Source: Candidatus Latescibacterota bacterium
GTDB taxonomy: Bacteria > Latescibacterota > UBA2968 > UBA8231
Assembly: GCA_965248355.1 (NCBI GenBank)
Contig: OZ252098.1
Location: 960,001 to 1,024,000, forward strand
Length of the DNA: 64,000 bases
Reading direction: 5' to 3'
Part shown: in pieces, positions 38,890-49,949 of the stretch
Layout of the letters: each line of letters starts with the position of its first letter
How positions within the stretch are numbered: position 1 is the stretch's first letter
Notes under the pieces: generated by a model
Database searches by the model: none
Told to the model about the DNA's origin: nothing
Seen by the model: only the letters and a program-made list of their open reading frames with translations
Position numbers and translations under genes: made by a program

Positions 38890-39540
38890 TTGACGACGCC
38901 GACCACCCCGGCTGGGCGACTCCAGGAAAAGTCCCCCAGCGGCCACCGGGGCCGTGTGGCCGCTATCGTTCTCGCCGCCGGCCGTTCCCGCCGCATGGGG
39001 CGGCCCAAGCAGTTGCTGCCGTTGAAAGGCCTGACCATGATCGAGGTCGTCGCCAGGCGCGTCCGACCCCACGTGGACTGTCTGGTGGCGGTCATCGGTC
39101 ACGCCGGCGAGCAGGTAGCCGCTGTTCTGCGCCCTCTCGGGGTGATTCTGACGGTCAACGACGACGTCGACCGGGGCATGCTGAGCTCCGTGAAGTGCGG
39201 GCTGAGAGCCGCGGGGCCCGGATGGCAGGGCTATCTCTTCTGTCTGGGAGACCAGCCCGGGCTGACCGACTCCGTGGTCGGGGCTGTCCTCGCCGGCGCG
39301 GCCTCTGCGGAGAGGGGGATCGTCATACCCGCATTCTCGGGACGACGGGGGCACCCGGTCTACGTGTCCCGGCGATACTACGACGAGATCCTCGGGCTCG
39401 ATGAGAGCCTGGGGCTCAACGCCGTGACGGGTTCTCATCCGGCTGACACTCTGGAGATTCCGGTAGACGAACCCGCGGTGCTGGAGGACATGGACACCCC
39501 CGCCGACTATGCTCGCCTGCTGGGTCGAACGGCCTCCTGA
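38890..39540 (+). CDS. Molybdenum cofactor cytidylyltransferase-like nucleotidyltransferase (MocA/YgfJ)
   Basis: IVLAAGRSRRMGRPKQLL, GMLSS, LGDQP, GHPV, DMDTPADY; start uncertain. Confidence 0.88.
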   Translation: MTTPTTPAGRLQEKSPSGHRGRVAAIVLAAGRSRRMGRPKQLLPLKGLTMIEVVARRVRPHVDCLVAVIGHAGEQVAAVLRPLGVILTVNDDVDRGMLSSVKCGLRAAGPGWQGYLFCLGDQPGLTDSVVGAVLAGAASAERGIVIPAFSGRRGHPVYVSRRYYDEILGLDESLGLNAVTGSHPADTLEIPVDEPAVLEDMDTPADYARLLGRTAS

Positions 39541-39543
39541 CCG

Positions 39544-40614
39544 ATGGACGATCCGATTCTCGCGCTGCAGGGCCTGCTCTCCGCCGGAGAACCGGTGGCG
39601 CTCTCGTCGCTGATCGGCAGCAGTGGCTCCATCCCGATGAGTGAGCGTGCCAAGATGATCGTCGATGCCGGAGGCCGCGCCCTCGGCACGATCGGGGGTG
39701 GCTGCCTGGAGGCCGAGATCCACACCGTGGCGCGGGATGTCCTGGCTTCGGGACGGCCTCAGTCGACGGACTACACCATGACCGAGAAGCAGGCCGGAGA
39801 GCACGGCCTCAACTGTGGCGGCACGGTGCGCATCTATACCGAGCGGATCGAGCCGGACTCAGGCGACATCTTTGCCGAGGTGGCCGCCGCCAGGGCCGAC
39901 CGCTCGGCCTGTGTCCTCGTGACTCGTCTCGGGGGAGCGGGGCGGGCCCTCCTGCACGCCGATGGCCGCAGGCGGGGGGAACTGGACGCGGTGCCGGCCG
40001 CCCGGCTGTCTTCCTGGGCCCGGACGGCCCTGGAGCGGGAGCGTCCGAGCCTGGAGAACGCCGAGGCGGGGGAGTTCTTCGTCGAGCCCTTCACGCCGCC
40101 TCCGATGCTCTACGTCTTTGGAGGAGGGCACGTGGGCGGCCAGATCGCCCGCCTCGCCAGGAACGTCGGTTTCCGCGTCATCGTCGTCGACGACCGTCCC
40201 TATTTCGCCAACCCCGAGCGCCACCCCGAGGTGGACGAGTGCGTGGCCGACGAAGTCGATGCCGTGTTCTCGCGAGTCCCGGCGGATGACCAGATCTACA
40301 TCGTTGCCGCCACCCGCGGCCACCAGCACGACGAGATCGTGGTGGAGCACGCCATCGCCCGGAAGGCGCGCTACATCGGCATGCTCGGGAGCGAGCGCAA
40401 GAAGGTGATTCTCTGGCAACGGATCGAGGCGCGCGGAGGGGACCGCCGTCGACTGGAGGAGGTCTATGCTCCGGTCGGCCTGGACATCGGTGCCGATACG
40501 CCCGAGGAGATCGCTGTCAGCGTGGTGGCGGAGCTGATCCAGGTACGCAGGAGCGACCGGCGAAAGCGGTGGAAGACCAAGCGCACCGCCGCACGGGCCG
40601 CCCCACGTGGCTGA
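39544..40614 (+). CDS. XdhC/CoxI family molybdoenzyme maturation factor
   Basis: GTIGGGCLE, GLNCGG, FGGGHV, YIGMLGS, PVGLDIGADTPEEIAVS. Confidence 0.92.
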   Translation: MDDPILALQGLLSAGEPVALSSLIGSSGSIPMSERAKMIVDAGGRALGTIGGGCLEAEIHTVARDVLASGRPQSTDYTMTEKQAGEHGLNCGGTVRIYTERIEPDSGDIFAEVAAARADRSACVLVTRLGGAGRALLHADGRRRGELDAVPAARLSSWARTALERERPSLENAEAGEFFVEPFTPPPMLYVFGGGHVGGQIARLARNVGFRVIVVDDRPYFANPERHPEVDECVADEVDAVFSRVPADDQIYIVAATRGHQHDEIVVEHAIARKARYIGMLGSERKKVILWQRIEARGGDRRRLEEVYAPVGLDIGADTPEEIAVSVVAELIQVRRSDRRKRWKTKRTAARAAPRG

Positions 40615-41674
40615 CCACGTCGCGTCTCCTGGCCTCCCACGGGCCGGAGAGTCGGCGCTGCGCTACGCCGCCGCCGCCTGCCAAGTCGATCAGCCCAACC
40701 CGACGGACCGCGCCGGCATCGCCGCCAACACCGCCCGCATGCTCGAGATGGTCGACATGGCCGTGGAGGGGTACAGCCCCTTCTGGGATATACGGCTCCT
40801 CGCCTTCCCCGAGTTCGCACACGCCGCGCCGATCTATCCCACGGCCCGCGCCCTGCACCGCCAACTCGCCTTGCCCATCCCCAACGAGCACACCGAGCGC
40901 TACCTCGCCAAGGCGCGGGAACTCGGAGTCTACATCCAGACCGGATCCTTCCTCGAACAGGACGACCGCTGGCCGGGAAAGGTCTTCAACACCACCTGCC
41001 TCGTGGGGCCGGAGGGGATCCTGCTGAAGTACCGCAAGGTGAACCCGTGGCTCCCCTGGGAAGTACACACCAGTCCCCACGACCTGGAGGGTTACGAAGA
41101 GGAGCTCTTCCCGGTTGCGCGCACGCCCATCGGCAACATCGGAGTCGCCATCTGCTACGATTGGCTGTTCCCCGAACCTCTCCGGCAACTCACCGCCAAC
41201 GGGGCCGAAGTCCTGATCCGCGTCTCCGCCTACATGGATCCCTGGGGCGCTACCCAGCCCATGGACTGGTGGACCACCGTCAACCGCTGCCGGGCCCTGG
41301 AGAACACGGCCTGTGTGGTCGCTGCCAACCAGGGCGCCTCGTTGTCCCACTACCCCCCCTTTTCATGGCCCGGGGGCAGCATGGTCGTCGACTACGATGG
41401 CCGGATCCTGGCTCAGGCCGACCCCGGCCCCGGGGAGAAGATCGTGGTTGCATCCCTCGACATAGGTACCCTGCGCCACGAGCGAGACCGGCGGCGCGGC
41501 CATGACATGCTCGCCCACTTGCGCACCGAGGCCTACCCGTTGTATCGAGACTCGGTCTATCCCCCGGGCCGCGGGAATGGGTGGCGGAATCACACCTCGG
41601 CGGACAACGAAGAGGGAATCGACCAGGCGAGACACCGCCTGGCGGTTCTCGGGGCCCGTTCCCCTGGCGAATAG
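40607..41674 (+). CDS. Nitrilase-superfamily carbon-nitrogen hydrolase
   Basis: FPEF, KYRK, ICYD catalytic triad. Confidence 0.9.
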   Translation: MADHVASPGLPRAGESALRYAAAACQVDQPNPTDRAGIAANTARMLEMVDMAVEGYSPFWDIRLLAFPEFAHAAPIYPTARALHRQLALPIPNEHTERYLAKARELGVYIQTGSFLEQDDRWPGKVFNTTCLVGPEGILLKYRKVNPWLPWEVHTSPHDLEGYEEELFPVARTPIGNIGVAICYDWLFPEPLRQLTANGAEVLIRVSAYMDPWGATQPMDWWTTVNRCRALENTACVVAANQGASLSHYPPFSWPGGSMVVDYDGRILAQADPGPGEKIVVASLDIGTLRHERDRRRGHDMLAHLRTEAYPLYRDSVYPPGRGNGWRNHTSADNEEGIDQARHRLAVLGARSPGE

Positions 41675-41736
41675 GCGCGTGATGGGAGCGTCCGCCCTGA
41701 GGTCGCGCCATTCCTGAGCGGACCCGCCGCCGGGCG

Positions 41737-42450
41737 GTGAAGCGGTATTCTCACAAGCAGATCGCCCGGACCCTGGCCAAGTACGATATCGTGGAGGAGG
41801 AGGTCCTCCTCGGCCCGGGTCCGCGGTTGCGGATGGTGCAGACCGCCGACGCCTACGTCCTCCTGGACGACCTGATCGACCGTGACGCGGCGGACTTGCC
41901 CTCGACCCGGTTCCCCTATTGGGCGGAAATCTGGCCGTCCGCCGTCGGGTTGGCGCGCTGGTTCTCGGGGCCGGATGCGCCCATGGCGGATCTGGCCTGT
42001 GAGCTGGGTTGCGGAACCGGGTTGGTAGGCGTCGCCCTGGCTCGCATGGGGTGGAGGGTGCACGCCACCGACTACGTGGAGGACGCCCTCGTTTTCGCCA
42101 CCCACAACGCCCGTCGAAACGGGGCCTGCAGCCGCCACCGGGTCGGCTACCTCGACTGGAGACACCCCGTCGGTTCTGCCTACCCGGTCCTGGTGGGCTC
42201 GGATGTGGCCTACGAGAAGAGCCTGCACCCTTCTCTCGAGCGAACGATCCATGCCCTGCTCGAGCCGGGCGGACGGCTCGTCCTCAGCGATCCCGGTCGT
42301 CCGGCGGCTCAGCCTTTCTTCGCAGCGCTGGAGGGCGCCGGGTTCCGGCATCGGCAGCACTCGACGAGCATAGCCTGGAAGGCCCGGCCGCACTCCATCG
42401 ATATCCACATCTTCCTTCGGCCGGAAACGGGTCAGCCGCAAAGAACCTGA
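41737..42450 (+). CDS. Class I SAM-dependent methyltransferase (protein-lysine methyltransferase-like)
   Basis: PYWAEIWPSA, ELGCGTG, ATDY, GSDVAYE. Confidence 0.88.
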   Translation: MKRYSHKQIARTLAKYDIVEEEVLLGPGPRLRMVQTADAYVLLDDLIDRDAADLPSTRFPYWAEIWPSAVGLARWFSGPDAPMADLACELGCGTGLVGVALARMGWRVHATDYVEDALVFATHNARRNGACSRHRVGYLDWRHPVGSAYPVLVGSDVAYEKSLHPSLERTIHALLEPGGRLVLSDPGRPAAQPFFAALEGAGFRHRQHSTSIAWKARPHSIDIHIFLRPETGQPQRT

Positions 42451-43367
42451 AGATGGGCCGCCACCGAGGAGGCCGTGGCCTCCAGGTCGTAGCCGCCTTC
42501 CAGGAGGCTCGCGAGCCGGCCCTGGCACAGGTCCCGGGCCAGGGCCGTGCACTCCTCGGTGAGTCCTGCGAAGCCCTCCGCGGTCAGGAGCATCCCCCCC
42601 AGCGGGTCGGCGGCATGGGCGTCGAAACCGGCTGACAGAAGCAGGAATCCCGGTTCGAAGCGCTCCAGGGCCGGGCGCAACTGCTGCTGGAAGATCTGAC
42701 GGTACTCCTCGTCTCCGGCGCCGGGCGGCAGCGGCACGTTCAGCGTGGTGCCCTCTCCCTCGGCCGCGCCGGTCTCCCCCGGATGTCCCGTGAAGGGGTA
42801 GTGATGCTGCTGGTGGACGCTGAAATAGAACACGGCGCCGTCTTCGTAGAAGCTGTTCTGCGAGCCGTTGCCGTGATGGACGTCCCAGTCGACGATGGCG
42901 ACGCGCTCGATGCTGTGCCGGGATCGCAGGTGGCGCGCGGCCACGGCGACGTGGTTGAAGAAGCAGAAGCCCATAGCCTGGTCGCGCTCCGCGTGGTGTC
43001 CGGGGGGGCGATGCAGGCTGAAGGCGTTGGTGGCGGCGCCCGACATGACCGCATCTGCCGCGGCCAGGCTGGCGCCGCTGGCCAGCAGGGCGGCGTCGAA
43101 GGTCTCGGGACCGATGACGGTGTCGGGGGTCGTGGCCAGGGAGCGTCCCGACCCCGAGGCCCGGCGGATGAATTCCACGTAGTCCGCCGAGTGATTGGCG
43201 ACCACGGCCTCTACCGGGGCCGGCCCCGGTCGGGAGCGAGTCAATCCGGGCAGCTCGACCGTCCCCAGTCTCTCCAGAACTGTTTCCAGCCGCTCCGGCC
43301 GCTCCGGGTGGCCGGTCCCCATCTCGTGCCGGAGACAGCCCTCGTGAGTGAGCAGGAGGGTGGCCAC
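42432..43367 (-). CDS. Histone deacetylase family protein
   Basis: HPERPERL, RPPGHHA, GFCFFN, DWDVHHGNG, SAGFDAH, LEGGY. Confidence 0.95.
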   Translation of the reverse strand: MATLLLTHEGCLRHEMGTGHPERPERLETVLERLGTVELPGLTRSRPGPAPVEAVVANHSADYVEFIRRASGSGRSLATTPDTVIGPETFDAALLASGASLAAADAVMSGAATNAFSLHRPPGHHAERDQAMGFCFFNHVAVAARHLRSRHSIERVAIVDWDVHHGNGSQNSFYEDGAVFYFSVHQQHHYPFTGHPGETGAAEGEGTTLNVPLPPGAGDEEYRQIFQQQLRPALERFEPGFLLLSAGFDAHAADPLGGMLLTAEGFAGLTEECTALARDLCQGRLASLLEGGYDLEATASSVAAHLQVLCG

Positions 43368-43370
43368 AAC

Positions 43371-43844
43371 TCAACCGGCGTTGGCGAGGTGGATCGCCCC
43401 GGATCCGAGGACCCGGATGTCCTCGGCGATGTCCGGCCTCTGCAGGTCCGAGATGGTGCACCAGCGGTATCGGCCCGCTTCGCGCGGGTCGATGCGGGGT
43501 TCGGCGTCATCCAGGGTCCGGGCGATGTAGATCAGGTCGATGTGCTGGTGCCCCGGTTCGATGTCCTCCAGAAGCACGCACCAGGGTGAGTGCAGCACGC
43601 GGACCGTCCCCAGATGCCCGGCCGCGCGGCCCGTGTTGACCAACTCGACGGCCAATCCACATTCCTCGAGGACTTCGCGAAGGGCGGCCTCCTCGGGCAA
43701 CTCCCCGGAATCGATATGGCCACCGGGCGGAAGCCATGCTTTTATTTTATTGTGCCACAACAGAATAGTGCGATGACCACGAACCACGAAAGTAGTGGCC
43801 GTAAAGTCCCTCGTGAGCTCGTCCGCCAAGATGGAAGGTGGCAA
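43371..43844 (-). CDS. NUDIX hydrolase
   Basis: PGGHIDSGELPEEAALREVLEECG Nudix box; HQHIDLIY. Confidence 0.9.
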   Translation of the reverse strand: MPPSILADELTRDFTATTFVVRGHRTILLWHNKIKAWLPPGGHIDSGELPEEAALREVLEECGLAVELVNTGRAAGHLGTVRVLHSPWCVLLEDIEPGHQHIDLIYIARTLDDAEPRIDPREAGRYRWCTISDLQRPDIAEDIRVLGSGAIHLANAG

Positions 43845-44051
43845 TGCAATTCCGTGAGGGTGGGATGCCGGCCTGGAATCTACTTCCGTCCATCACGGTC
43901 GCAAGCGTCGAGTCCGCCCCCGGGAGGATGTCCGGGATCCGGACCACCTTACGGAGGACGGGCGGCTCCACTATTTTCAACGCAGCGAGGGACCGGGCGG
44001 GGTGTCCGGCCATCTCCGGAATCCACGGCAAGAGAGGCGTCACGGCAGCCT

Positions 44052-45257
44052 ATGGCAACGGAAGTGATCATGCCCAAGCTGGGCCTGACGATGGAGCGCG
44101 GCACCATCGGCAGCTGGCTCAAGGGGGTCGGGGACCGAGTGGAACGTGGAGAGCCGCTCCTCGAAGTCGTCACCGACAAGGTGACGATGGAGGTCGAGGC
44201 GCAGGCCTCCGGCGTGCTCCGGAGGATCCTCGTGGCCGAGGGAGAGGAGGTGGAGGTGGCGACCCCGATCGCCGTGATCGCGGGACCCGAGGAAGACCTC
44301 TCCGCCTTCGAGGCCGCACCGGAGTCCGTGGGCCAATCCAGACCGGATCCAGATCACGAGCCCCTCCCGGCGCGGGACTCGGGGAGCCCTACACCGGTGC
44401 CGGCGCAAATGACCCCGGTTGAGGGCGGCCGCCGACATCGATCCTCGCCCAAGGCCCGCAGACTGGCTGCCGAGAAGGGAATCGACGTGACGGCGATCAC
44501 CGGCAGCGGCCCTGGTGGACGCGTTGTCAGCGCCGATGTGGAGGCCCATCGGCCCGGGGCGCCGGCAGCGTCCCCGAGCCCCCAGGCAGGGGAGCCGGTG
44601 GAGCTGACCCACGCGCAGAGGGTGGCCGCCGAGCGTCTCACCGCCAGCTACCAGCAGGCCCCCCACATCTTTCTGGAGACTCAGGTTTCCGCCCTCTGGC
44701 TGGAGAGGTTGCGGAGCGGCTATCAGGCGGAGGGCAAGAGAATCTCCTACAACGATCTGATCCTCAAGGCGGCGGCCTCCGCCCTGGTCGAGCATCCCCG
44801 TCTCAACGCCCACTTCGTGGAGGGGCGGGTGCAGCAGCACGGCAGCGTCGATCTCGGCATCGCCACCGACACCGGGTCCGGGTTGCTGGTCCCGGTGCTG
44901 CGCGGCGCCCAGGATCTCGGCCTCCTGGAGATCGCCGCTGAGACCCGGCGCCTCACCGACGCCGCCCGGCGGGGGGGAATCGGCGTCGACGACCTGCAGG
45001 GCGGGACCTTCACCGTGTCCAATCTGGGGATGTTCGGTCTCTCCCGGTTCACGGCCATCATCAACCCGCCCCAGGTGGCCATTCTGGCCGTCGGCGCCAT
45101 CGAGCCGCGCGTCGTCGCCCTGGACGGCGAGGCCATGGCCGTTCGACCGGCCATGACCCTGACCCTGTCGGCCGATCACCGAGCCGTGGACGGCGCCATG
45201 GGTGCCCGCTTCCTCCGGCGCCTCCGGGAGCTCATCGAGTCCCCCGGCTCACCTTGA
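44052..45257 (+). CDS. 2-oxoacid dehydrogenase E2 (dihydrolipoamide acyltransferase)
   Basis: Lipoyl domain VTDKVT, E3-binding SPKARRLA...GSGPGGR, GTFTVSNLG, DHRAVDG. Confidence 0.95.
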   Translation: MATEVIMPKLGLTMERGTIGSWLKGVGDRVERGEPLLEVVTDKVTMEVEAQASGVLRRILVAEGEEVEVATPIAVIAGPEEDLSAFEAAPESVGQSRPDPDHEPLPARDSGSPTPVPAQMTPVEGGRRHRSSPKARRLAAEKGIDVTAITGSGPGGRVVSADVEAHRPGAPAASPSPQAGEPVELTHAQRVAAERLTASYQQAPHIFLETQVSALWLERLRSGYQAEGKRISYNDLILKAAASALVEHPRLNAHFVEGRVQQHGSVDLGIATDTGSGLLVPVLRGAQDLGLLEIAAETRRLTDAARRGGIGVDDLQGGTFTVSNLGMFGLSRFTAIINPPQVAILAVGAIEPRVVALDGEAMAVRPAMTLTLSADHRAVDGAMGARFLRRLRELIESPGSP

Positions 45258-45362
45258 CCCGGATGGGGGCGGCCCGTTATCTTCGCCCTGGTCTTCATCT
45301 GAAATCTCTAACCGTTGCTTTTCCAATAGCTTAGCCACAATCCAGGGCACGCCGACAGACCC

Positions 45363-47303
45363 ATGCGACTCGACCGAAAGACCCAGCTGACCATCGCCTA
45401 CGCGATCCTCACCGTCCTTCTGCTGCTGGTGATGCAGTCCTACCTGAAGGGTCAGGTGGACACTGTGAAATACAGCGAGTTCCGCCAGTGGCTGGTGGAC
45501 GGTCGCATCGTGGAGTGTTCCATCGGAAGCGACGAGATCAGCGGCAGGTACTACTCCGGAACCGGGGACGAGATCCGCGGATTCACGGTGGCCAAGGTCG
45601 AAGACCCCGAGCTGGTGAAGCTGCTGCAGGAGCATGTGCCGGAGTATACGGGCAAGCGCGAGTCGGCCCTGATCAGCTCGCTCCTCGGCTGGGTCCTGCC
45701 GCTGTTGTTCTTCGTCGCCATCTGGATGTTCATGGCCCGGCGCCTTTCGGGCGGCTCCGGCGGATTGATGTCGATCGGCAAGAGCAAGGCCAAGGTCTAC
45801 ATGGAGAAGGGGACCGGGATCACCTTCGCCGATGTGGCCGGCATCGACGAGGCCAAGGAGGAGCTTCAGGAAGTCGTCGAGTTCCTCAGGACGCCGGAGC
45901 GCTTCCAGGCGCTGGGCGGAAAGATCCCCAGAGGGGTGTTGCTCGTGGGCTCGCCCGGGACCGGCAAGACCCTGCTGGCCAAGGCGGTCGCCGGAGAGGC
46001 CGGCGTGCCCTTCTTCTCCATCAGCGGCTCCAATTTCGTGGAGATGTTCGTCGGCGTCGGCGCCGCCCGGGTCCGGGACCTGTTCGAGCAGGCCAGCCGC
46101 CACGCCCCTGCGATCATTTTCATCGACGAGCTCGATGCCCTCGGCAAGGCCCGCGGCATAGGCTCCCTGGGCGGCCACGACGAGCGGGAGCAGACTCTCA
46201 ACCAGTTGCTCACCGAGCTCGACGGGTTCGATACGAATGCCGGCATCATCCTCATGGCGGCGACCAACCGCCCCGAGATTCTGGACCCGGCCCTGCTGCG
46301 TCCCGGCCGCTTCGACCGCACCGTCACCGTCGACCGTCCCGACGTCCGTGGCCGGGAGGCGATCCTGAGGATCCACGCCAGGGATGTGAAGCTGGCGGGG
46401 GATGTCGACCTGCATCAGATGGCCGTGCGCACGCCTGGATTCGCCGGCGCCGATCTGGCCAACGTGATCAACGAAGGCGCTCTGCTGGCGGCGCGGCGCA
46501 ACAAGGAATCGATCACCATGGAGGAGCTGTCGGAGGCCGTGGAGCGGGCCATTGCGGGGCTGGAGAGGAAGAGTCGCGTCCTCAACGAGAAGGAACGTCG
46601 AATCGTCGCCTACCACGAGGCCGGACACGCCATCGTGGGCGAGCTCGTCGACGAAGCGAATCCCGTTCAGAAGATCTCCATCATCCCGCGGGGGGTGGCC
46701 GCCCTCGGATACACACTCAACTCACCGGCCGAGGATCGCTATCTGGCCACGAAGGAGGAACTGCTGGCCCAGATCTGCGGACTGCTGGGAGGGCGCGCTG
46801 CCGAGGAAATCGTCTTTCGCGAGATCTCCACCGGGGCCTCCGGGGATCTGGCCCGAGCCACCCAGGTGGCCGAAAGCATGGTCAAGGAATACGGCATGAG
46901 CCGGTCCCTCGGCCTGGTGGCCCACCGGGAGCCGCGGAATCCGAATCAGGTCCTCGGCATGCCCAGCAGCGATCGCAACTACAGCGAGGAGACGGCGCGG
47001 CGGATCGACGAGGAGGTCGCGGCCATCATCGATGACGGCTATGGACGCGCCAAGGACCTTCTTGAGGACCACCGGGAGACGCTGGAGCGGGTCGTGCAAG
47101 TGCTCTTCGAGCGGGAGACCATGGAGGGTACCGAGCTGCGGCAGATACTTGGCAAGCCGCGGGACGTCCCGGAGGAGGAATCTGCCATGGCCGGGGACTC
47201 TCCGGCTCCCAATGGAGGACCTCTGCCTGCCCCCTCCCAGGCACCGTCCACCAAGGGGCCTCCACCGGGCCCGGTATCTCCCGCGGGCGGGGACCCCACC
47301 TGA
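45363..47303 (+). CDS. ftsH: ATP-dependent zinc metalloprotease FtsH
   Basis: Two TMs, [33 protein letters not shown]. Confidence 0.96.
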   Translation: MRLDRKTQLTIAYAILTVLLLLVMQSYLKGQVDTVKYSEFRQWLVDGRIVECSIGSDEISGRYYSGTGDEIRGFTVAKVEDPELVKLLQEHVPEYTGKRESALISSLLGWVLPLLFFVAIWMFMARRLSGGSGGLMSIGKSKAKVYMEKGTGITFADVAGIDEAKEELQEVVEFLRTPERFQALGGKIPRGVLLVGSPGTGKTLLAKAVAGEAGVPFFSISGSNFVEMFVGVGAARVRDLFEQASRHAPAIIFIDELDALGKARGIGSLGGHDEREQTLNQLLTELDGFDTNAGIILMAATNRPEILDPALLRPGRFDRTVTVDRPDVRGREAILRIHARDVKLAGDVDLHQMAVRTPGFAGADLANVINEGALLAARRNKESITMEELSEAVERAIAGLERKSRVLNEKERRIVAYHEAGHAIVGELVDEANPVQKISIIPRGVAALGYTLNSPAEDRYLATKEELLAQICGLLGGRAAEEIVFREISTGASGDLARATQVAESMVKEYGMSRSLGLVAHREPRNPNQVLGMPSSDRNYSEETARRIDEEVAAIIDDGYGRAKDLLEDHRETLERVVQVLFERETMEGTELRQILGKPRDVPEEESAMAGDSPAPNGGPLPAPSQAPSTKGPPPGPVSPAGGDPT

Positions 47304-47347
47304 GCCTGTTCTGGGGAGGGCTCGGTCCGGCGGCTTCGTCCGGTCCT

Positions 47348-47809
47348 TCAACTCTCGGCAGCGATCACCTCGAGCTCTACCGGGGCACCCAGGGGCAGCG
47401 CGCCGACGCCGACGGCCACCCGGGCGTGGACCCCCGCTTCGCCCAGCACGGAGGCCATGAACTCGGAGGCCCCGTCGACGACCTGCGCCTGCCCCACGAA
47501 CCCGGCGGCGCTGGCCACGTACCCTGTCATCCGCACGATGCGGATCCGGTCGAGATCACAACCCTCGGCGGCGAACACGCCCAGGGCGTTCAGGGCACAC
47601 TGCCGGGCGGCCTCGCGGCCGGCCTCCACCGAGAGCCCCCCATCCCCGATCGCACCCTGGCAGATCAGGCGGCCCCCGCCGATCGGCAACTGACCGGAGA
47701 CGAAGATCAGACCCGCAGCCTGCACGGCCCGCCTGTAAGCCCCTGCGGGCGCCGGGGGCTCCGGCAGGACGAGCTCCATTTGTTCCAGTCGTCGACGGGC
47801 GTGGGGCAT
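47348..47809 (-). CDS. RidA/YjgF family protein
   Basis: FVSGQLP, DGASE, HARVAVGV-x2-LP-x3-PVELE. Confidence 0.9.
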   Translation of the reverse strand: MPHARRRLEQMELVLPEPPAPAGAYRRAVQAAGLIFVSGQLPIGGGRLICQGAIGDGGLSVEAGREAARQCALNALGVFAAEGCDLDRIRIVRMTGYVASAAGFVGQAQVVDGASEFMASVLGEAGVHARVAVGVGALPLGAPVELEVIAAES

Positions 47810-47949
47810 TCGATCCATACCTCTCTCTTCGGGATGAACTCCGGGCAATATAGCGCCGAAGGGCGATCCCGTACCGGCCCAACCTCTGTGCGTTGACCAC
47901 CGTGGGCGCCATGGCTTAGGCTATGCGCCGGATACGGAAGGAGAAGGGC

Positions 47950-48714
47950 ATGTGCGCATCCCAAATCGGGGCTCAGCTCTACACCGTGCGCGACTTCCTG
48001 AAGACGCCGGACGGCATCCGGGACAGCTTCGGGCGAGTGGCGGAGATGGGGTACGAGGCCGTGCAGTGCTCGGGCCTCGGCCCGATCGATGCGGCGGAGC
48101 TGAGAGCCCTCGCCGACGAAGCCGGTCTGAAGATCGCGGCCACCCACATCGACTTCGACCGCATCCGCCGGGAGCCCCAGGCGGTGATCGAGGAGCACCA
48201 GCTCTGGGGTTGCCGCCACGTGGCCATCGGCGGCCTGCCCGGGGAGTACCGCCACGCCGAAGGATTTGCGCGTTTCGCCCGGGAGGCTTCAATCCTGGTG
48301 CGGCCGCTGATCGACGCCGGCCTGACCTTCAGCTACCACAACCACAGCTTCGAGCTCGAGCGTTTCGGGGAGCGGACGGGCCTGCAGATCCTGGCCGAGG
48401 AGAGCGACCCGGACACGTTTTCCTTCGAGGTCGACACCTACTGGATCCAGCACGGAGGCGGCAACCCGGTCACCTGGATCGAGCGCCTGAGGGACCGCAT
48501 GCACGTCGTTCACCTGAAGGATCTGGCCATGAAGGGCGGCGACCAGCGTTTCGCTGAAGTGGGAGAGGGCAATCTGGAATGGCCCGCCATCCTCGCCGCC
48601 TGCCGCGCCACCGCGATCCAGTGGTACCTGATCGAGCAGGACCGGTGCGACGGCAATCCCTTCGACAGCCTGAAGGTCAGCCTCGACAACCTGCGGGCCA
48701 TGGGCCTGCACTAG
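47950..48714 (+). CDS. Sugar phosphate isomerase/epimerase (TIM barrel)
   Basis: GAQLYTVRD, YHNHSFE, EVDTYW, HLKD, IEQD. Confidence 0.9.
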   Translation: MCASQIGAQLYTVRDFLKTPDGIRDSFGRVAEMGYEAVQCSGLGPIDAAELRALADEAGLKIAATHIDFDRIRREPQAVIEEHQLWGCRHVAIGGLPGEYRHAEGFARFAREASILVRPLIDAGLTFSYHNHSFELERFGERTGLQILAEESDPDTFSFEVDTYWIQHGGGNPVTWIERLRDRMHVVHLKDLAMKGGDQRFAEVGEGNLEWPAILAACRATAIQWYLIEQDRCDGNPFDSLKVSLDNLRAMGLH

Positions 48715-49945
48715 TGGTCAATCCACTTAGAATTGCGGAACAAGAGTGGCAGCCGTATCCTTTTTCCCCATCCCCTTTGTTGGAAAAGGAGTACGGCGTT
48801 GCCCAAGAAGAGATACATCGTCACTCTCACAGCCGAGGAGCGCACCGGGTTGCGCGATCTGATCTCCAAGGGGAAAGCGGCGGCTTTCAAGCAGCGGCAT
48901 GCGCGCCTTCTCCTGAAGACGGATCAAGGACCGCAGGGAGAGGGCTGGACCGACGAACGGATCGGGCAGGCGCTCGAGGTCCATCCCAGCACGGTCGAGC
49001 GTCTGCGCAGGCGATTCGTCGAAGAAGGCCTGGAGGCCGCCCTGCAGCGCAAGGAGCAGAAGAATCGCCGGGCCAAGAAGATCGACGGGGAAGGCGAGGC
49101 TCGTCTCGTCGCGCTGGCCTGCAGTCCGCCGCCGGAGGGGAGAAAGGGCTGGACCCTCCGATTGCTGGCCGACCGCCTGGTGGCCTTGGAAGTGGTCGAC
49201 CGGGTCAGCCCGGAAACCGTCCGAAAGACACTAAAAAAAACGACTTGAAGCCCTGGCGGCAGGAAATGTGGTGCCTGCCGGGCGCCCCCAATGCCGCCTT
49301 CGTCTGTGCCATGGAGGATGTGCTGGATGTTTATACCCGGCCCTACGATCCCCAACATCCCACGGTCTGCCTGGACGAGACCAGCAAACAACTGGTGGGC
49401 GAGGTGCAGGCCCCTCGGCCGGCGATTCCGGGCCATCCGGCCCGGTATGATCATCATTATGTCCGCCAGGGCGTGGCCAACGTCTTCATGATGCTGGAAC
49501 CGCTCACCGGCCGCTGCCACGTCCAGGTCACGCAGCAGCGCACCAAGAAAGATTGGGCTCGGGTGATGAAAGACCTGGTCGACCGCTACTACCCGGAGGC
49601 CGAGCGCCTGACCTTGGTCATGGACAACCTGAGTTCGCACCAGAAGGCGGCGTTGTACGATGTCTTTGCGCCGGCCGAGGCCAAACGCATCGCCGACAAG
49701 ATCGACATTCATTTCACCCCGAAACGGGGCAGTTGGCTCAACATGGCCGAAATCGGGTTGAAGATGCTGTCCCGGCAGTGTCTGGACCGACGCATCGCAA
49801 CGATTCAGCAACTGAGCCAACAGGTCCAGGCTTGGCTGTCGCAACGCGAGAACAGCCAGGCCCCGGTCAAATGGCGATTCACCACCGAGAAGGCGCGCAT
49901 CAAGCTGCACCGCCTCTATCCAGCATTGTTACCTGGATGAACCAC
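48714..49945 (+). mobile_element. IS630-family insertion sequence
   Basis: Flanked by CTAG/CTAG (TA duplication); ends GTGGTCAATCCA and revcomp GTGGTTCATCCA. Confidence 0.92.
48799..49940 (+). CDS. IS630 transposase, two ORFs joined by a -1 frameshift at the A8 run (49233-49240)
   Basis: ORF A HTH (CSPPPEGRKGWTLRLLA...TLKK), ORF B DDE (CLDE, VMDNL, SWLNMAE). Confidence 0.92.
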
Positions 49946-49949
49946 TAGA